This document shows, in pieces, positions 25,301 to 38,429 of a DNA stretch of 64,000 bases; within the stretch, counting starts at the first letter, position 1; each line of letters starts with the position of its first letter. The position numbers were made by a program, and so were the translations under genes. The notes under the pieces were generated by a model. That model had not been told where the DNA came from. It saw only the letters and a list, made by a program, of their open reading frames with translations, and made no database searches. Source of the stretch: Chiloscyllium plagiosum (taxonomy: Eukaryota); NCBI RefSeq assembly GCF_004010195.1, contig NC_057720.1, forward strand, positions 24,858,500 to 24,922,499, in the 5' to 3' direction.

Positions 25301-28300
25301 CTTTGCTTTCCCTCTTTTTTTTTGTTCCCTTTTTCTAACATTTGTCCCCTACTCCAAATTTCAGACTTAAATCTAATTGATTGGAGCTCACTGAACTACT
25401 TGGCTGTGGGCCTTGGGAATAACGTGTATCTCTGGCATGCTGAAACTGGTCAAATCCTATTGCTTGTGCAGCTGGAAGGTCAGGAGGATTACATTGCTTC
25501 TGTATCATGGATAAAAGAAGGCAACTATCTGGCAGTTGGAACAAGGAATGGAGAGGTTCAGGTAGGAAGATTGGTTCTACTTGGTAGACTAGGCCGATGG
25601 TGAAATCTGTTAAAAATGCATCTGAATTGTTTAAGTTTAATCAAGTTTGTATCTACCTTTCTCAACACCATCTTGTCACCATGCTTGTGGATACTAATTG
25701 CCCTGAAGTTAGATTTGTTTCATTCTAGCCAGAAAAATTAATGGATCACCAATTTTAACATCAATTATAATTAAAGTCTGAGATGGCATGCTTTCTACAA
25801 TCTGCTTTGTAGGAGATGCATTTGGTTTCTAGCCAGCACAAACAGCTGATAACACTGTTCTGGTGCTTATGGAGATATGTAAACCAACACAGTCAGATTT
25901 ACTGAATGAACTCCCACAAGGAAATGCTGACAAGAATTTGCTTTTGTAGCTTTTATTTTAATTAAAATTAGAACTAAAGCAAATTAAAGTGCACCTTGAG
26001 GCTTACACTTAAAATAAAATATACTTTAACAACTCACCAGCACCAGCTTGCAAAACTACACAATTCCACAATATGCTGCTTTCTACTCATGCAGGCTACA
26101 TCAGAAATCTGATCAGGTAACAGCTTTCACGTTGTAAATTTCATACTAGCATGTATCTGCCAACTATCCTCACTTATGGTATGACTGTCCTGTTGTAGTT
26201 TTCCAGAGTTCCTTTTCAACTCAACCAATTGCCCTGGTTTAGTTGAGCCACTGCTAGAAAACTACCCATCAATTTCTAAGTTATGCTCTCAGCTTTTTAG
26301 ATTTTAATAGCATATGCTGGAAAACCTCAGGTCGGGCACATTTGTGGTAAGTAACAGTTGGATTCCAGATTTGCAGAATTTATATATCTTTAACAAGCAG
26401 CATCTCTGTCTGAACAGAAAGTGTCTTGTACTTGCAAGAGATGTCCCTCTATTTCCTGTTTGCTCCACTGATTTGTCTTCACCCTCTTGCCTTAACATTT
26501 TTGTCCGCAGGTCAAAATTAAACTACTGTTGTATAAAAGTATAGCACAAGAACAAACCCCTTTCCCACCATGTCTGTGCTGACCATGCTTCTCTTCAAAA
26601 CTAATCCCAACTGCCTGCAAATGGTTTCTTTCCCTGCCCCTACCTGTTTGTGTCCATCTCCATGCACCTTAAACGTGCCAACATCTGCTTTAACAAGCAC
26701 CCTCCACCCCACCTCAGGCATTTACTACCCTTAAATGCTGTCATCTCTTTTAAACATGCCTTCTCTACTTAAATTTGACACTTCTATCTCAGGGGAAAAA
26801 GACTCCAATAGCTGTCTTTCATAACTTTATACACTTGTATCAATCATCCATCCAAGTTTATCTAACTGCCTCTTATAGCTAATATACTCCAGTCCAGGCA
26901 ACATTCTAGTAAGCTCCTTGTATCCTCTCCAAAGCCACAACATTGTAGTGTCATGGCTAAAACAGCACAATAGTCCAACTGTGGTCTTGTACAGTTGCAA
27001 CATGACTTGCCAACTTTCATGCTCAATGTCCTGACTGAAGGAAAGCATATCCATTTGTGTTGCCCTTTCAGGGAGCTTGACCTGGACCCCAAGGTCACTT
27101 TGTATATCAATGTCCCTAAAGTTTCTGCCATTTACGTATACTTCCTTTTGCATTTGGCTTCCTTGCACTTGTCTGGACTAAATACTGTCTGCCATTTCTC
27201 TATTCAACTTATCAACTGCTTGATATCCTATATCCAGAGGTCCCAACTGATTCTTGCACAACACTATTGATCAGTCTCCCTGTTGGGGGAAAAAGTACTC
27301 CTCTACTAACTGCCTTCTCTAACCAAGCCAATTTTGTATCTAACTTGCCAACTCTCCGTGGATTCTAAACACTCTTTATTTGGACCAGGCTAGCATGAGG
27401 GACCTTCATCAAATGCTTAATGGCTATTTAGACAACATTCACTGCCTTATCCTGATTAATCAGTTGTTTTGGGGAAGGGGATCAAATTTGAGAAGGCTCT
27501 CCGCATAAAGCCACGCTGACTAAGTCCATTCTTCTAGTGCAAACAAATCCTGTCGAAGAATAATGTCCAGTAATTTCCCTAACAGGCTCAATGGCCTTTA
27601 AGGGAACAACATCAACTGTTCTGAAGTCTTCTGGGACTTGCCTGTGGCTGAAGATGATACAAAGATCTGTCAAAGCCCCAGCAATTTCTTCCCTTGCCTC
27701 CTGTATCTGGAGATTCCATCAGGCCCTGGGGTCTTGTGTACCATTTTAAGACAATGAAAACCACCACCTAAATATCAACAGACCATGCTTGCATGCACCT
27801 AAAATTCTTTCCCATCTAACCACCTAGTGCTAAGGATATACCACTCAATAGTTGAAGTTGTCACCCACTGCAACCACCTTTTTTAAATTTCCACATCCTT
27901 ACTTATTTATTCCTGTCTCCTGCATGTGGGAGGCCTATAGTATAAACTCCATCCTTGGAGTAAGGAAATGCAATTTCCAGGAAGGCTCTATGGGTAGAAT
28001 CTAGGTGAACCTTCAAGATGTCTTTGGTGCAGCTGTGATATTATCCTTGCTTAGTCCAATTCCTCTGCATTTTTACACCCCCTCTCCTGAATCATCTAAA
28101 CCTTGGAACATTGAGCTGCCAGTCCTGTCCTTCTCTCAACCAGGAAAGGCTGCCACATCATAGTCCCATGTTCTAATCCAGGCTCTAAACTCCTCTGCCT
28201 TGCCTGTTATACACTTTGCATTAAAATAATACACTTCAGACTACTAACTCCCTGTTTGCTAACCTGGTCCTGCCTGTATTTCTATTAGACTTGTCAATCA

Positions 28301-31300
28301 TTCCACAATCTATGGGCAGCACAGTGACTCAGTGGTTAGCACTGTTACCTCAGAGCACCAGACACCCAGGTTCAATTCCTGCGCCTCTGTGCAGTTTGCA
28401 GTCACCATTCTGTGTCTGTGGGTTTCCTCCCAGGGTTCAGGTTTCCTCCCACAATACAAAGATGTGCAGATCAGGTGGATTGGCCATGCTAAATTGCCCA
28501 TAGTGTTAGGTGCATTAGTCAGGGGTAAATATAGGTTAGAGGAATGGGTCTAGGTGGGTTGCTCTTTGGAGGGTTAGTGTAAACTTGTTGGGTTGAGGAG
28601 CCTGCTTCCATTATTGTATGGAATCTAATCTGACCTATTCTGGTTTCTCCTCCCTGTCATACTTTAAACGCCTCCTGAGTGGCGTAAGCAAATCTCCCTA
28701 AAGCATACGGTTCCCTTCTGTTGTAGCTTGTCAAGTTTGCACGGACTGCTATTATTTGATATTAAGAAACTTTGTCATTTGGTAGAATTGATCTTGAGTT
28801 TTGCTGATGAGGTTTTGATTTTTCTCTTGCACTAGCAGCATCAATTCAGTGAAGATACTTAAACTGAGGGCAGTGCTGCAGGCCCAGGGTGATGAATCAA
28901 ATATGGTACTCCTGTTTTAAGTTGAAACAGCTGCAGTGCATGTAGTTAAAGGCAGCAGTTCCTTGTTAGTACAGTCATTAGTATTGCTGCCTGTCACCTG
29001 GGGCACTCAATTCCCTAACAAGTGTGTACAACCAAGGTGTGCCTTTGGGCTGTCTTGCAACAGTGATAGTGTCCCTACCCTGGACAGGAAGGTGTTAGTC
29101 TCCCCTCCAGAGATATCTAATATCAGTAAATAGTGATCACTTTAAAAGTTTAAAAATAACTTGAATAGGACCTATCTTAACGGGCTTTGCATGTAAGTTA
29201 ATCAGTTGGAAAACTAGTGATTTACAGGTGATTGTAAAATTACCACAGCTGGCTTGGGGAGCGCAGTGTTCAGTTAAGAGCGCTTCATCTGTGGAAAAAT
29301 GGAGCCCTGTGCATTGATATGTAGTTATCAGTATGCAGGGGATGTCATGCTGTCTATGCAAATTGTTAGCATAATTTTTTGCACACTTAAGATTATTTAG
29401 CAAATACCTGAGCATGTAGTTTAATGTTGTAAGCAAGCCTCCACTTAGAATAGGTGACATTCTCTGCCTCAGGACATTGTCTTGAAGCAACCTGACTTGA
29501 AATTTTAAAAGCTTGGATGTTGTCTGTCTCGATGTTTTTCATAATGCCTCTACCAATCAATCCGCTTGCAAGCCAATCCACATTGTCCTCTTACAATATA
29601 AATGCTAACTTTTCCTTAGTTGGTGTTTGTGATTTTGTTCTGATGAATGCAAGATAAATCTTGTGTATTTTCAGCAGTAAACACTTTTCAAATCCATTTT
29701 ATTCCACTAATGAAGAACAATTGCAATTTTTAACTGAGGCAAAGTTAACATGTTAAACCACACTTCTGCGCTCGTGTGGTTTTATACTAACGCTGTGGGC
29801 ATTCATTTTAGGGATCATTTTGTGTATGTTGCTAATTTGCTGGTGTAGTTGTCTGTTTTGGACCCAAAGTTGTACAATTTCTGATCCCAATTCTACTGTG
29901 AACACCTTTGATTTAAGGTTTGGGATGTTGAGCGCCAGAAACGCCTAAGGAATATGGTGAGTCACACTGTACGAGTAGGAGCACTCAGTTGGAGCAGTTA
30001 CATTCTATCCAGGTAAAATAAACATTTCAGTAAAATTTTGTGCAAATAAGTTCTACGAATTGCTTGTTTTTGTGTAAAACTAAAATATAGAAATACAAAC
30101 TGTTTCTGCATTTCTCAACTTTCAGTGGCTCCAGAACAGGTCAAATTCACCATCATGATGTTCGTGTGGCAGAACATCATGTATCTACTCTGACTGGACA
30201 CACTCAGGAGGTCTGTGGCTTAAAGTGGTCACCAGATGGGAGGTATCTTGCTAGTGGTGGGAATGACAACATTCTGAATATCTGGCCTAGTGTCCCTGGG
30301 AATGATGCAGAGTGCTCACCATTGCACACGTTCACACAGCACCAGGGTGCTGTTAAGGTAAATCTACTCAACTAGGTGAAAGCTTCAAGCTTGCAGTTTG
30401 ATCTTAAGGTTCAATTTATATAAAACACTTAGAAAATGCTAGCTGTAGCGATCAGTTGCAATGGGAATTCTGATCTTTATCAGCTGAATAAGCTGGATAC
30501 ATAACCTTCCTCCTGAGATACAGTTGGATTCTTTGCTCTTTTTTTTCTTTCCATAGGTTCTTGGTGTTAACCTTAGTTTTGTTGGTTGATTTGGAATTTT
30601 GCTGTGGTTGGTATTGAAGCAACATTTTAACCCTCTAGCTAGAAAAGGAATTTTAGCTGCTAAAATTAGTTAATTCCAGTGTTTCTTGCATTGTCTAGTC
30701 ATCTTTCATTTCATTAATCTTTACTTTGCTTGTTCCTCCATTTGAAGTTTAAGGAGATTCTGACCTATTTGTATTCATACAATTGCAATGTGTTGATTTC
30801 AATAGACAAATTCTTAAACTTTGCAAACTTTCAGTCTTAAACAGTGGGATAGTCTATGTGCTCAGTTGACCATAATTGTTTCATTTGGTTTCTTTTAGGC
30901 AGTTGCCTGGTGTCCTTGGCAAGCAAGTATTCTTGCAAGTGGTGGTGGTACCAGCGATCGGTTCATTCGTCTCTGGAATGCTAATACTGGATCTTGTTTG
31001 AATTCTGTAGATACGCGATCACAGGTTTGTGTAACTACAAGATAATGAAATGTAATGCTGGATCAGAGTTGAAGCTGTGTTACAATGTAACTGCACCAGT
31101 CAATCATCTTTTTGGATGTTAAACAGGGTTTACGTTTAATGTTCAAAGTTGAATAATGTCCCTCTGAACGTACATCTGAAGTGTTGCTGATAAAGACCTG
31201 CCAATGCTTGCAACTAATCTCCAAAAGAAAAGACTTGCACAAATGCAAGGCAAATTGATTGATTGAAATAAAAGGATTAAGGTGTCAAAAGAAACTTTCC

Positions 31301-33700
31301 AGGGATATTTGTGGTATGGTAATATGGAATGACTAAAAACAGCTATAATTAGTGGGGTGATGTCAGGTCCAAATGTAATTTCTAACACTTAGTTTTGATA
31401 TCTGTAATGGTAGTCATATCTGGGGTGATCCAAGAAGTTGGCAAAGTAAGTGATTTGGTACCACTTTCTGTTTTAATAGTCGAGCAGTACAAGTATCCAA
31501 AAAAAACACAATGGATATTGTTTTAAATGGTAATCAGGGCAGTGGAATTCCCAGTATTAGGAATTGGTCAGTTGCAAAGTATTAGTGAGAAACTTCATGC
31601 ACACCAAGAATTGTACCTTTTTTGATTTAAAATATTGAATAGATTTATTATTTAGGTTGAAGTAAGATGCTTACAAGGAAATCAAATCTGAGACTTAAAA
31701 TATTCTGTTATTTCTTTGAAAAGATAGGAGGGAAAAGGTGGTGATAACTGTACAGTTTTTAGTACAAGCAAATAAATAATTTGTCATTATCATACTTTGG
31801 ATTGAAAAATTTCAAATCACATGGTTGAAGTTAAGAAACCTGGTTGGAATAGTGTATAGGCCCCCTACCAGTAGCTATACTATGGGACAAAAACCACGCT
31901 GAGGCAGTATATTAATCATGGGTGATCACCAATCTTTTAGATTGTGGGGATAATCAAATTGGCAGAGGTAGTCAGAATTCAATGTATTTGACTCTCTTCT
32001 GAACCATTTGTTTTAGATCGAACCAGGGATCAAGCTATTCTGAATCTTGTGTAATGTCTGAAAAATCCCTTGGAACAAAATGGTGAACTTAGTATTGTAT
32101 CTGATCCACATTCTCAGTCAATGGTGTTTAAATATGTCATTTCAGTTGAGAGGAAAGTTGGTTAGACTGGAAAACTCTGCATGCCTTTGAATATAGGCAT
32201 TAGACAAAGTGTAGGCCTGTTGGCTTGAAATCTGTCATTGGGGGAAGAGGCTAGTCAATTAAAAGGATGAATAGCAGAATTTAGAAATGTGACATAATCA
32301 AACAGTCAACATTTCATAAAGAAATGCCTGCCACCTTTAGGATTTGTTTTGAGGTGATTGGCTATGTAGATAAAGGGGATCCGATAGTGTAACTTATTTG
32401 GTATTCCAGAAGGTTTGAAAGCGAGGCTGCATAGAACTGATGATCAAGTGTACACTATCATGAATAGATTGAAAACCATTAGCCAATCTGTAAATAGTGA
32501 AATGGAGTCATAATTATTTACAATATATAACTTGGTAAGTTATTCCCAAATTTGTAGTTGACAAAGATGGAAAGAAGTGGTAAGAACACAAGTTGAGTGG
32601 GCAGAAGGAAAATAGGATAGCACTTTTACATGAAGAATAGGGCAACTGAATTTTATGGCAAGTCCTTGTGCATAAAGTAGAAAAAGGTTCTTTATGGAAG
32701 AGAAGGGAATGTGGTGATAGTGATAAGAATAAAATGAAAAATAGGAACACCTTGCTCGAATTGAAGTCACTGTATTTAAACCTCACCTAGAATACAGAAC
32801 AGTTTTGGTCTGCCTATGCAAAGAAAATGTACAGTCTTTGGAGGCAATGCAGGGGAGATTAATGAGGTTGATCCTGGACATTGAGATTTCTTGAGGTTCC
32901 TAGTAGTATTTCTATTGAATAAGTTGATCTGGCCACTTGGCAATTGATTTTTTTTTTTCCCCCTCTTTGACACTTTCAAATCTAACCTTGCCCCTCATTA
33001 TGGTATTATTGTTTTAGGTCTGTTCCATAGTCTGGTCAACAGAATACAAAGAATTGGTGTCTGGTCATGGATTCTCTCAAAATCAGCTGGTAATCTGGAA
33101 GTACCCAAACCTGTCCAAAGTAGCTGAGCTCAAAGGTGAAATTTCAATGCTGTAAAAATGCTATGTAAGCTCTAGGAGAAGTTTAAATCTCTCTGGACAA
33201 TTTGCGCCAGCCTTTCTAGACTTTTCTACCTGGACAACTGTCTTGTGGCTATCTGGTATTGACTGTACTCTAGTTATCATTGAGTTATGGGTTTTTAATA
33301 AAATTACACCTTATTGAAGTTTGTTTTTAAGCCTAATGTTTATATTATTGCCCTTGGGCAACCAAAATGGCATCTGATTAATATAGAGTGTTCAGCAATT
33401 GAACATGTTGAGTGAAGACCATTCTCCACACTTATCAAAGCTGAGAAATTCTTGTATGGTTTCATAATATAACTTGTATTTTCTATTTCAGATCAAATAA
33501 TGCAATGCTAGTTGACTTTTATTTCTCATGCAGGTCATCAAGCTCGTGTGCTAGATCTTGCTCTAAGTCCAGATGGAACTACGGTATGTTCTGTGGCTGC
33601 AGATGAAACAATCAGAATCTGGAAGTGCTTTGCTGTGGACCCAGCAAAAAAGAAAAAGCTGACCAATCAATCCAGTGTGCTGCATCATGGCATTCGATAA
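13139..33700 (+). CDS. CDC20: Cell division cycle protein 20 (APC/C co-activator), spliced CDS of 10 coding exons, 515 aa
   Basis: Exons 13139-13358, 20402-20568, 21785-21881, 25038-25166, 25365-25561, 29918-30012, 30126-30357, 30899-31024, 33018-33135 and 33534-33700 join in frame (1548 nt) with GT-AG introns. The protein begins [15 protein letters not shown] and contains the C-box [26 protein letters not shown]40 repeats and a C-terminal GIR-stop. Confidence 0.98.
14817..17270 (-). mobile_element. Decayed Penelope-like retroelement (RT + GIY-YIG endonuclease + pseudo-LTR), antisense in a CDC20 intron
   Basis: Minus-strand peptides: [53 protein letters not shown] (PLE RT) and [19 protein letters not shown] (GIY-YIG). 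Terminus aaagtgaggactgcagatgctg is shared with family B. Confidence 0.9.
17490..17705 (-). mobile_element. 5'-truncated HE1-like SINE
   Basis: Reverse complement of ccgtgtctgcgtgggtttcctccgg..ggtttcctcccacagtccaaag with a (taatct)n-type tail. Confidence 0.82.
19570..20103. mobile_element. Second, diverged copy of the pogo/Tigger-like MITE (opposite orientation)
   Basis: Ends in taatcgaggttcctctg+TA; its internal sequence matches the reverse complement of 6329-6900; left end unclear. Confidence 0.75.
20135..20315. mobile_element. Penelope-related terminus (family D) with a decayed hammerhead-like core
   Basis: Related to 59065-59145; minus strand reads cactaaggatgtc...tgaaacatctg, resembling CTGANGA..GAAACGTC; short inverted arm at 20275-20310. 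Confidence 0.5.
20402..20568 (+). CDS. CDC20: CDC20 coding exon 2 (C-box DRYIPVR, KEN box, SPTKK)
   Basis: tttacag acceptor, AAA|gtgagt donor; [35 protein letters not shown]. Confidence 0.97.
21785..21881 (+). CDS. CDC20: CDC20 coding exon 3 (Mad2-interacting/KILR-type motif)
   Basis: ctcttcttcag acceptor, G|gtattt donor; [32 protein letters not shown] (too short for the ORF track). Confidence 0.96.
25038..25166 (+). CDS. CDC20: CDC20 coding exon 4
   Basis: tttctag acceptor, T|gtaagt donor; [42 protein letters not shown]. Confidence 0.97.
25365..25561 (+). CDS. CDC20: CDC20 coding exon 5 (WD40)
   Basis: tttcag acceptor, CAG|gtagga donor; [25 protein letters not shown]...[12 protein letters not shown]. 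Confidence 0.97.
26530..28270 (-). mobile_element. Degenerate CR1 LINE fragments in a CDC20 intron
   Basis: [38 protein letters not shown] and APE-like remnants. Confidence 0.75.
28315..28630 (+). mobile_element. HE1-like tRNA SINE
   Basis: gggcagcacagtgactcagtggttagcac A-box, ggttcaattcc B-box, ggtttcctcccaca..ttggccatgctaaattgccc core. Confidence 0.85.
29918..30012 (+). CDS. CDC20: CDC20 coding exon 6 (WD40)
   Basis: atttaag acceptor, AG|gtaaaa donor; [31 protein letters not shown]. Confidence 0.95.
30126..30357 (+). CDS. CDC20: CDC20 coding exon 7 (WD40)
   Basis: ctttcag acceptor, AAG|gtaaat donor; [48 protein letters not shown]...HQGAVK. Confidence 0.97.
30899..31024 (+). CDS. CDC20: CDC20 coding exon 8 (WD40)
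   Basis: tcttttag acceptor, CAG|gtttgt donor; [42 protein letters not shown]. Confidence 0.97.
31835..32890 (+). mobile_element. Highly degenerate CR1 fragments in a CDC20 intron
   Basis: Remnants of the VYRPP, LVFQK and HLEY..QFW motifs. Confidence 0.55.
33018..33135 (+). CDS. CDC20: CDC20 coding exon 9 (WD40)
   Basis: gttttag acceptor, G|gtgaaa donor; [39 protein letters not shown]. Confidence 0.97.
33534..33700 (+). CDS. CDC20: CDC20 last coding exon (WD40 and IR tail, stop TAA)
   Basis: ctcatgcag acceptor; [32 protein letters not shown]...HHGIR*. Confidence 0.97.
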
Positions 33701-33984
33701 AGCATTTGCTGCTTTGGACAAGTATACAAAAGGGAAGTTTCACTCAAAGGAACCAGGACTTTCAGTTTGAAAACTGTTTTGTAAATGTGCTTAAACTATA
33801 CATTCTGAAGGAAGCATGTTTAGCAAATTTGCATTATTCTAATCCTTAACCATTGATTACAAATTCAGAATTATTTGCATGTTGAATGGGAGATTTTTAT
33901 CACTTTGGTATTGTTTCTGTACATAAACTTTTTAAGTTGTATATAAACAACTCTTAAAATTTTATACACTAATCTTAATTTTTC

Positions 33985-33990
33985 AATAAA
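33985..33990 (+). terminator. CDC20 polyadenylation signal
   Basis: First AATAAA seen after the stop (285 nt downstream), followed by T-rich sequence. Confidence 0.8.
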
Positions 33991-35739
33991 CTTGAATAGT
34001 TTATTCAAGCTTTTGAAGTCTATTTTCTATTCCAAATTAGTTTTTGATGATTAGGTTTGCATTCTAAAGTCATGCCAGAGCATTGAGTCAATGTCTGTAC
34101 AAAGCTCAGATCATTGCAGAAAATCTAATGTTCATTCAACTTCTGATGTTGCAGATGCAGTCTCCTTTTTCATAGATGCTGATTGATTTGACTTCTAGTC
34201 TTTCCCATTTATAGTTTTAATCAACCACTGATTTTCCTTTATTTCAAATGCATGTTCGAGGTCCTCTGACTACCTGCAGTGAAAAATGCAACAGCTGAAC
34301 CTCATTTTAAGCAACAAACTATTCTTTGTTAATCAAATCCCACTGTAATGGCTACCTGACATCTCTCTGGCTTCTACAAATAAAACATAATGTGATTGCA
34401 GTTGGTAGTTTGGGTGTGGGTGAATCAGGGTTCCCCTTTGATTGCAGCCACAAATTAATTCTTCTAGTTCTGTGATTGTAAACTCACTTTTTGCTCTTGA
34501 TGTGTCTAAAAGACATGACCAGAAGTATGTCATTCTCATTCTCTCAATGAGATCATGGCTGATCTGATAATCCTCACTTCATTTCATTTCCTGCATTTTC
34601 CATAACCCTTGATTTCCCTTGCTGATGAAAAATGTCTCTCAGCCTTGACAACATCCTTTGCTGCAGAATCCCATAGATTTGCTACTCTAGGAATTTCCCA
34701 TCTGTTTTTAAATATGTGACCTCTTATTCTACTGTTGTCATTTGGTCCTAGTTTCTCCTTGTTGGGGAAACAATCTTCATCTACCTGTGGAGTCCTCTAA
34801 GAATTTTGTAAAATCAGCTCAGTAAAAATCCTGAAACTCCTTCCCCATGGTAACGTGAGTCGACATACAGCAAATAGACTGCAACAGTTCAGGAAGACAG
34901 CTCATTACAGGGCAATTACAGGTAGCAATAAATGTGATTTGGCCAGTGACTCCATGTTTCCTTCACACTTATCACTCTGCATAAGTGACCAAAAGTAAAT
35001 GCAAATATGTTCTCTTTTCACAGAAGGTACACAGGAAACAAAACTTAGCAGATTGTCTGAAGTGGTGATCCAGAACACCTGTTCTGGAAACATTAATGAA
35101 ATTAAACCTACTAATCTGCTATAATTGTTCTAAAATTGACAATGTTTTCATATCTTTCAATTTCATTTTGGAACTGTTTCCAATTGATTGGAAGATGTAA
35201 AATATAACCCTCTTAATGAGGGAAACAACTGCTGTTAAACAGTTTCAGAACTTGCTGGAATTTGTTGTAGCTGTAGTCATTGAGTGTAACTGGCTAATGA
35301 TTTGGAATGGCTAAAACAATGTAGATACCTATATCCTATAGGTTACTTTATTTGTTGCGTTGGAACAGTATGACACCTCTTCAGATGTGTAGGTAAGCTG
35401 GCAAAATGAATGCTAGCTGCAGTCTCTAACATTTAGATATTTGAGAAATAAGGAGCAGAAGGCATCAGTTTGAACAATAGATGAACTCTCCGTTCTCAAC
35501 AGCTGCAAAATGCAGTAAAAATATAACTGTTCTAAACCAGCTTTGCCAAGGGCCATTGCCTGCAGCCAAAGCAAAATAAGGTCGCTGTCACCTCCAGAAG
35601 CCATTCTGCTCAGCAAACCTGCACAAGCCAACTGCATTAGCTTCTGTAGCTGAATGTTGCTGCCTTCTGACTTGGAGTTTGCAACTTTTTTTGCTTGAAG
35701 CTTCTCTCCCAAAAACTGCATTTATTAAAAACCGACCTT

Positions 35740-36450
35740 CAAATAAATGCAAGGGTATTGCAATTTGATAAACAAGGACAGGCCTTGTACAATTAATGGT
35801 AGGGCCCTAGGCAGTGTTATAGAACAGAGACCCCTATGGGTTAAGATACATAATTCTTTAAAATTTGCATCGCCGGAAGACCGGTTAGTGTCTAGCACAC
35901 TTTCATTGCTCACTCCTTTAAGTATAGGAGTTGGCTATTATGTTGAGGTTGTATTCTGGAGTGGTAAGGTCTATTGAGTACTATTTGCAGTTCTGGGCAT
36001 CCTGTTATAGGAAAGATGTTACACTGGAGAGGGTTGGAAGATATTTACCAGGATGTTGCTAGAGTGGAGGGTTTGAGTTGTAAAATAGGCTGGGATTTTT
36101 TTTTGCAGGAGAGTGGGGGTTGAGGGATGACTTTTATTGAAGTTTATAAAATCGGGGGTATAGTAAAGTGAATTCCTAATGTGGGCAATTCAAAACTCGG
36201 GTGCATATTTTAAGGTGAGGAGAGATTTAACAAGACTTGGGCAACTTTTTTTTCCATTGGTTAGTCAGTGGAATGAACTGCTAGAGGAAGTGGTGAATGC
36301 AGGTATATTCTAAATGTTTAAAAGGCATTTAGATAAGTACATGAATAGCAAAGTTTCAGGGGAATGGGCCAAACACAGGCAGGTGGGACTAGTTTATTTT
36401 GGAACAGTGTGGATTAGTTGGACTGACAGATCTCTTTCCAAGCTGCAGTA
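35740..36450 (+). mobile_element. CR1 LINE 3' end
   Basis: TINGRALGSVIEQR.L.V.IHNSLK, WNEL motif and 3' UTR. Confidence 0.8.
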
Positions 36451-38429
36451 CTTTAACCGAACAACTTGTCATCTTTTACTTTAAGTAGATAATCACTTAT
36501 TTGATAACTCTGAACTTAAGACAAAGTTTTGCTATTGGTCACTTGTAAATTTGAACACTCATTGGGGGCCAAGGAAGGTATGAATTTCATAGACTACTGT
36601 AGACTTGCCTGGTGCATTTTGTGATGTCATAAACATTGAGTTGTTTCTGCATTAGAAGCAGAACCTTATGCTTAGCTCTTGGGAATTCTGTCATTAGTTG
36701 TGGGTATGGGCACTGAACTGGGAAGTTGATTTGCAGGTGTTTCATCCGCTGTCCAGTGCATCTTAGTTTGTGGGAAGTCTGTTTTCTAGATTAGAAAATG
36801 ACTGCACATGGCTGGGCCAGCAGTTGTAGGCTGACATTTATGCAATCAGTGGCCTGTGTGTACACATTTGTATATATTTTATTCACTTAAAAGCTGGCCT
36901 AGCCAGTTACACATCTTATTACCCATTTCTTCTAATTGCTGTGGGTTTGGACTTGCATGTCGGCCAGGCCAGACCAGGTAAGCATGGCAGATTTCCTTCT
37001 CTAAATGATAGTGGACCAGATGGATTTTTGCAACAATTGACAGGGACTAGTTGCCATTGGGCCAACCTATTCCAGATTTCTAATGAATTCAAATTTATCT
37101 GGAGTTCTGGATTACTAGTCCAGTGACATTACCACTCTACCACCACCCTCACCAAATGAATGGAATTTTGAAAAGTCAATGATCAAATACCAGATTTGGC
37201 TGTTTCTGCTAACATTAAAGATACAAAAGTAGATAATTGACATGCAGCAAGTCACCGGCCTCTTCACATGTCGGGTTGATTCAGTACTGAGCAAACAGAC
37301 TTGAAATTAAAATTATTTCAATGTAACCATGACACACACCTCCCAACATCTGAAATGCGTGTTAGACATTTAAAGGCATTATGTAATTTTGCTACATAAG
37401 AGCTCATTGGGGTTGAGGGTAATGGATACAGGATTGGTTAAAGGATAGAAAATGAAGAGTAAATGACTTTTTTTCTAAATGGGATGCTAAGGATCAGTGC
37501 TTGGGCCTGGGTGAGAAAATCAGCTGAGGACCCAGCAAGTCTGCAAAGGGATATAAGACTGAGTGGGCAGGAAAAGTAATCTTCCTTTTGATAGGGGGGA
37601 AAATGGTGAACTGTTAAATGCTGTTGAGGTGGATTTGCATGTCTTTCAACACCACATTCAACTGCAGCAGGTAGTTACAAATATAAATTGTTAATGTTTG
37701 CAGGCAGGGCATTACAAGTGCAAGAATGTCTAGGTGTAATTATAGAGACCACATGTGGTACTGTATAATTTTGGCCTCTTTTAAAGCAGGGTATATTGAA
37801 GTAAATGTGGATGTAGAAAATGGGAAAAAACAAATTCCAAGAGAATCAATATTTCAAAATGATCTTGCATCAGAATCAGACTAACAATCTAAAGCATCAA
37901 TTCTGCTCCTTCCCCTCCATGGATGCTGCTGAGTTTTTGCAGCTGTATTTATTTTAGGTGCTTTAAATTGTCTTGGTATTGTTTTTGTCTTGAGGGTCAT
38001 CCCAAAAACACACATCACTGTTCATATCACCATTGTTTGTGGCACCTTGCTGTATTTGAATTGACTGCAAGTTTTGCTATAAAAGTGACTTCAGAAGTAA
38101 TTAGTTGGCTGTAAAGCTTTAATATGCTTTTAGGTAGTGTTTAATGGTTTTAATTTTTAAGTTGTTTTTCCCAGTTAGCTTTCCATGTACTTTTCCTGTG
38201 TTTCTTGGCTCATGCCTTGAAGGGGATGTTTATATAGTGTAGCAGCTGAATCATTGTTGCCATTATTGCAGAGGAGCATGCTGTACAATAAGTGACTTTC
38301 TAAAAACTTTTAAACAAGATGAACGCTGAAGTCTTTCCATTATAAACTAATGTTCATTCTGTGCTTCTCTAGCTTCCAACTAAAAGGTCCATCTAGCACG
38401 TTTATTTTAAACATGCAATCACCTTAAAG

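Noticed and set aside
13139..33700. CDC20B (miR-449 host) or FZR1/CDH1 identity
   Set aside because: The N-terminal [18 protein letters not shown]-type motif and exon layout match canonical CDC20, and I recognised no miR-449-like hairpin.
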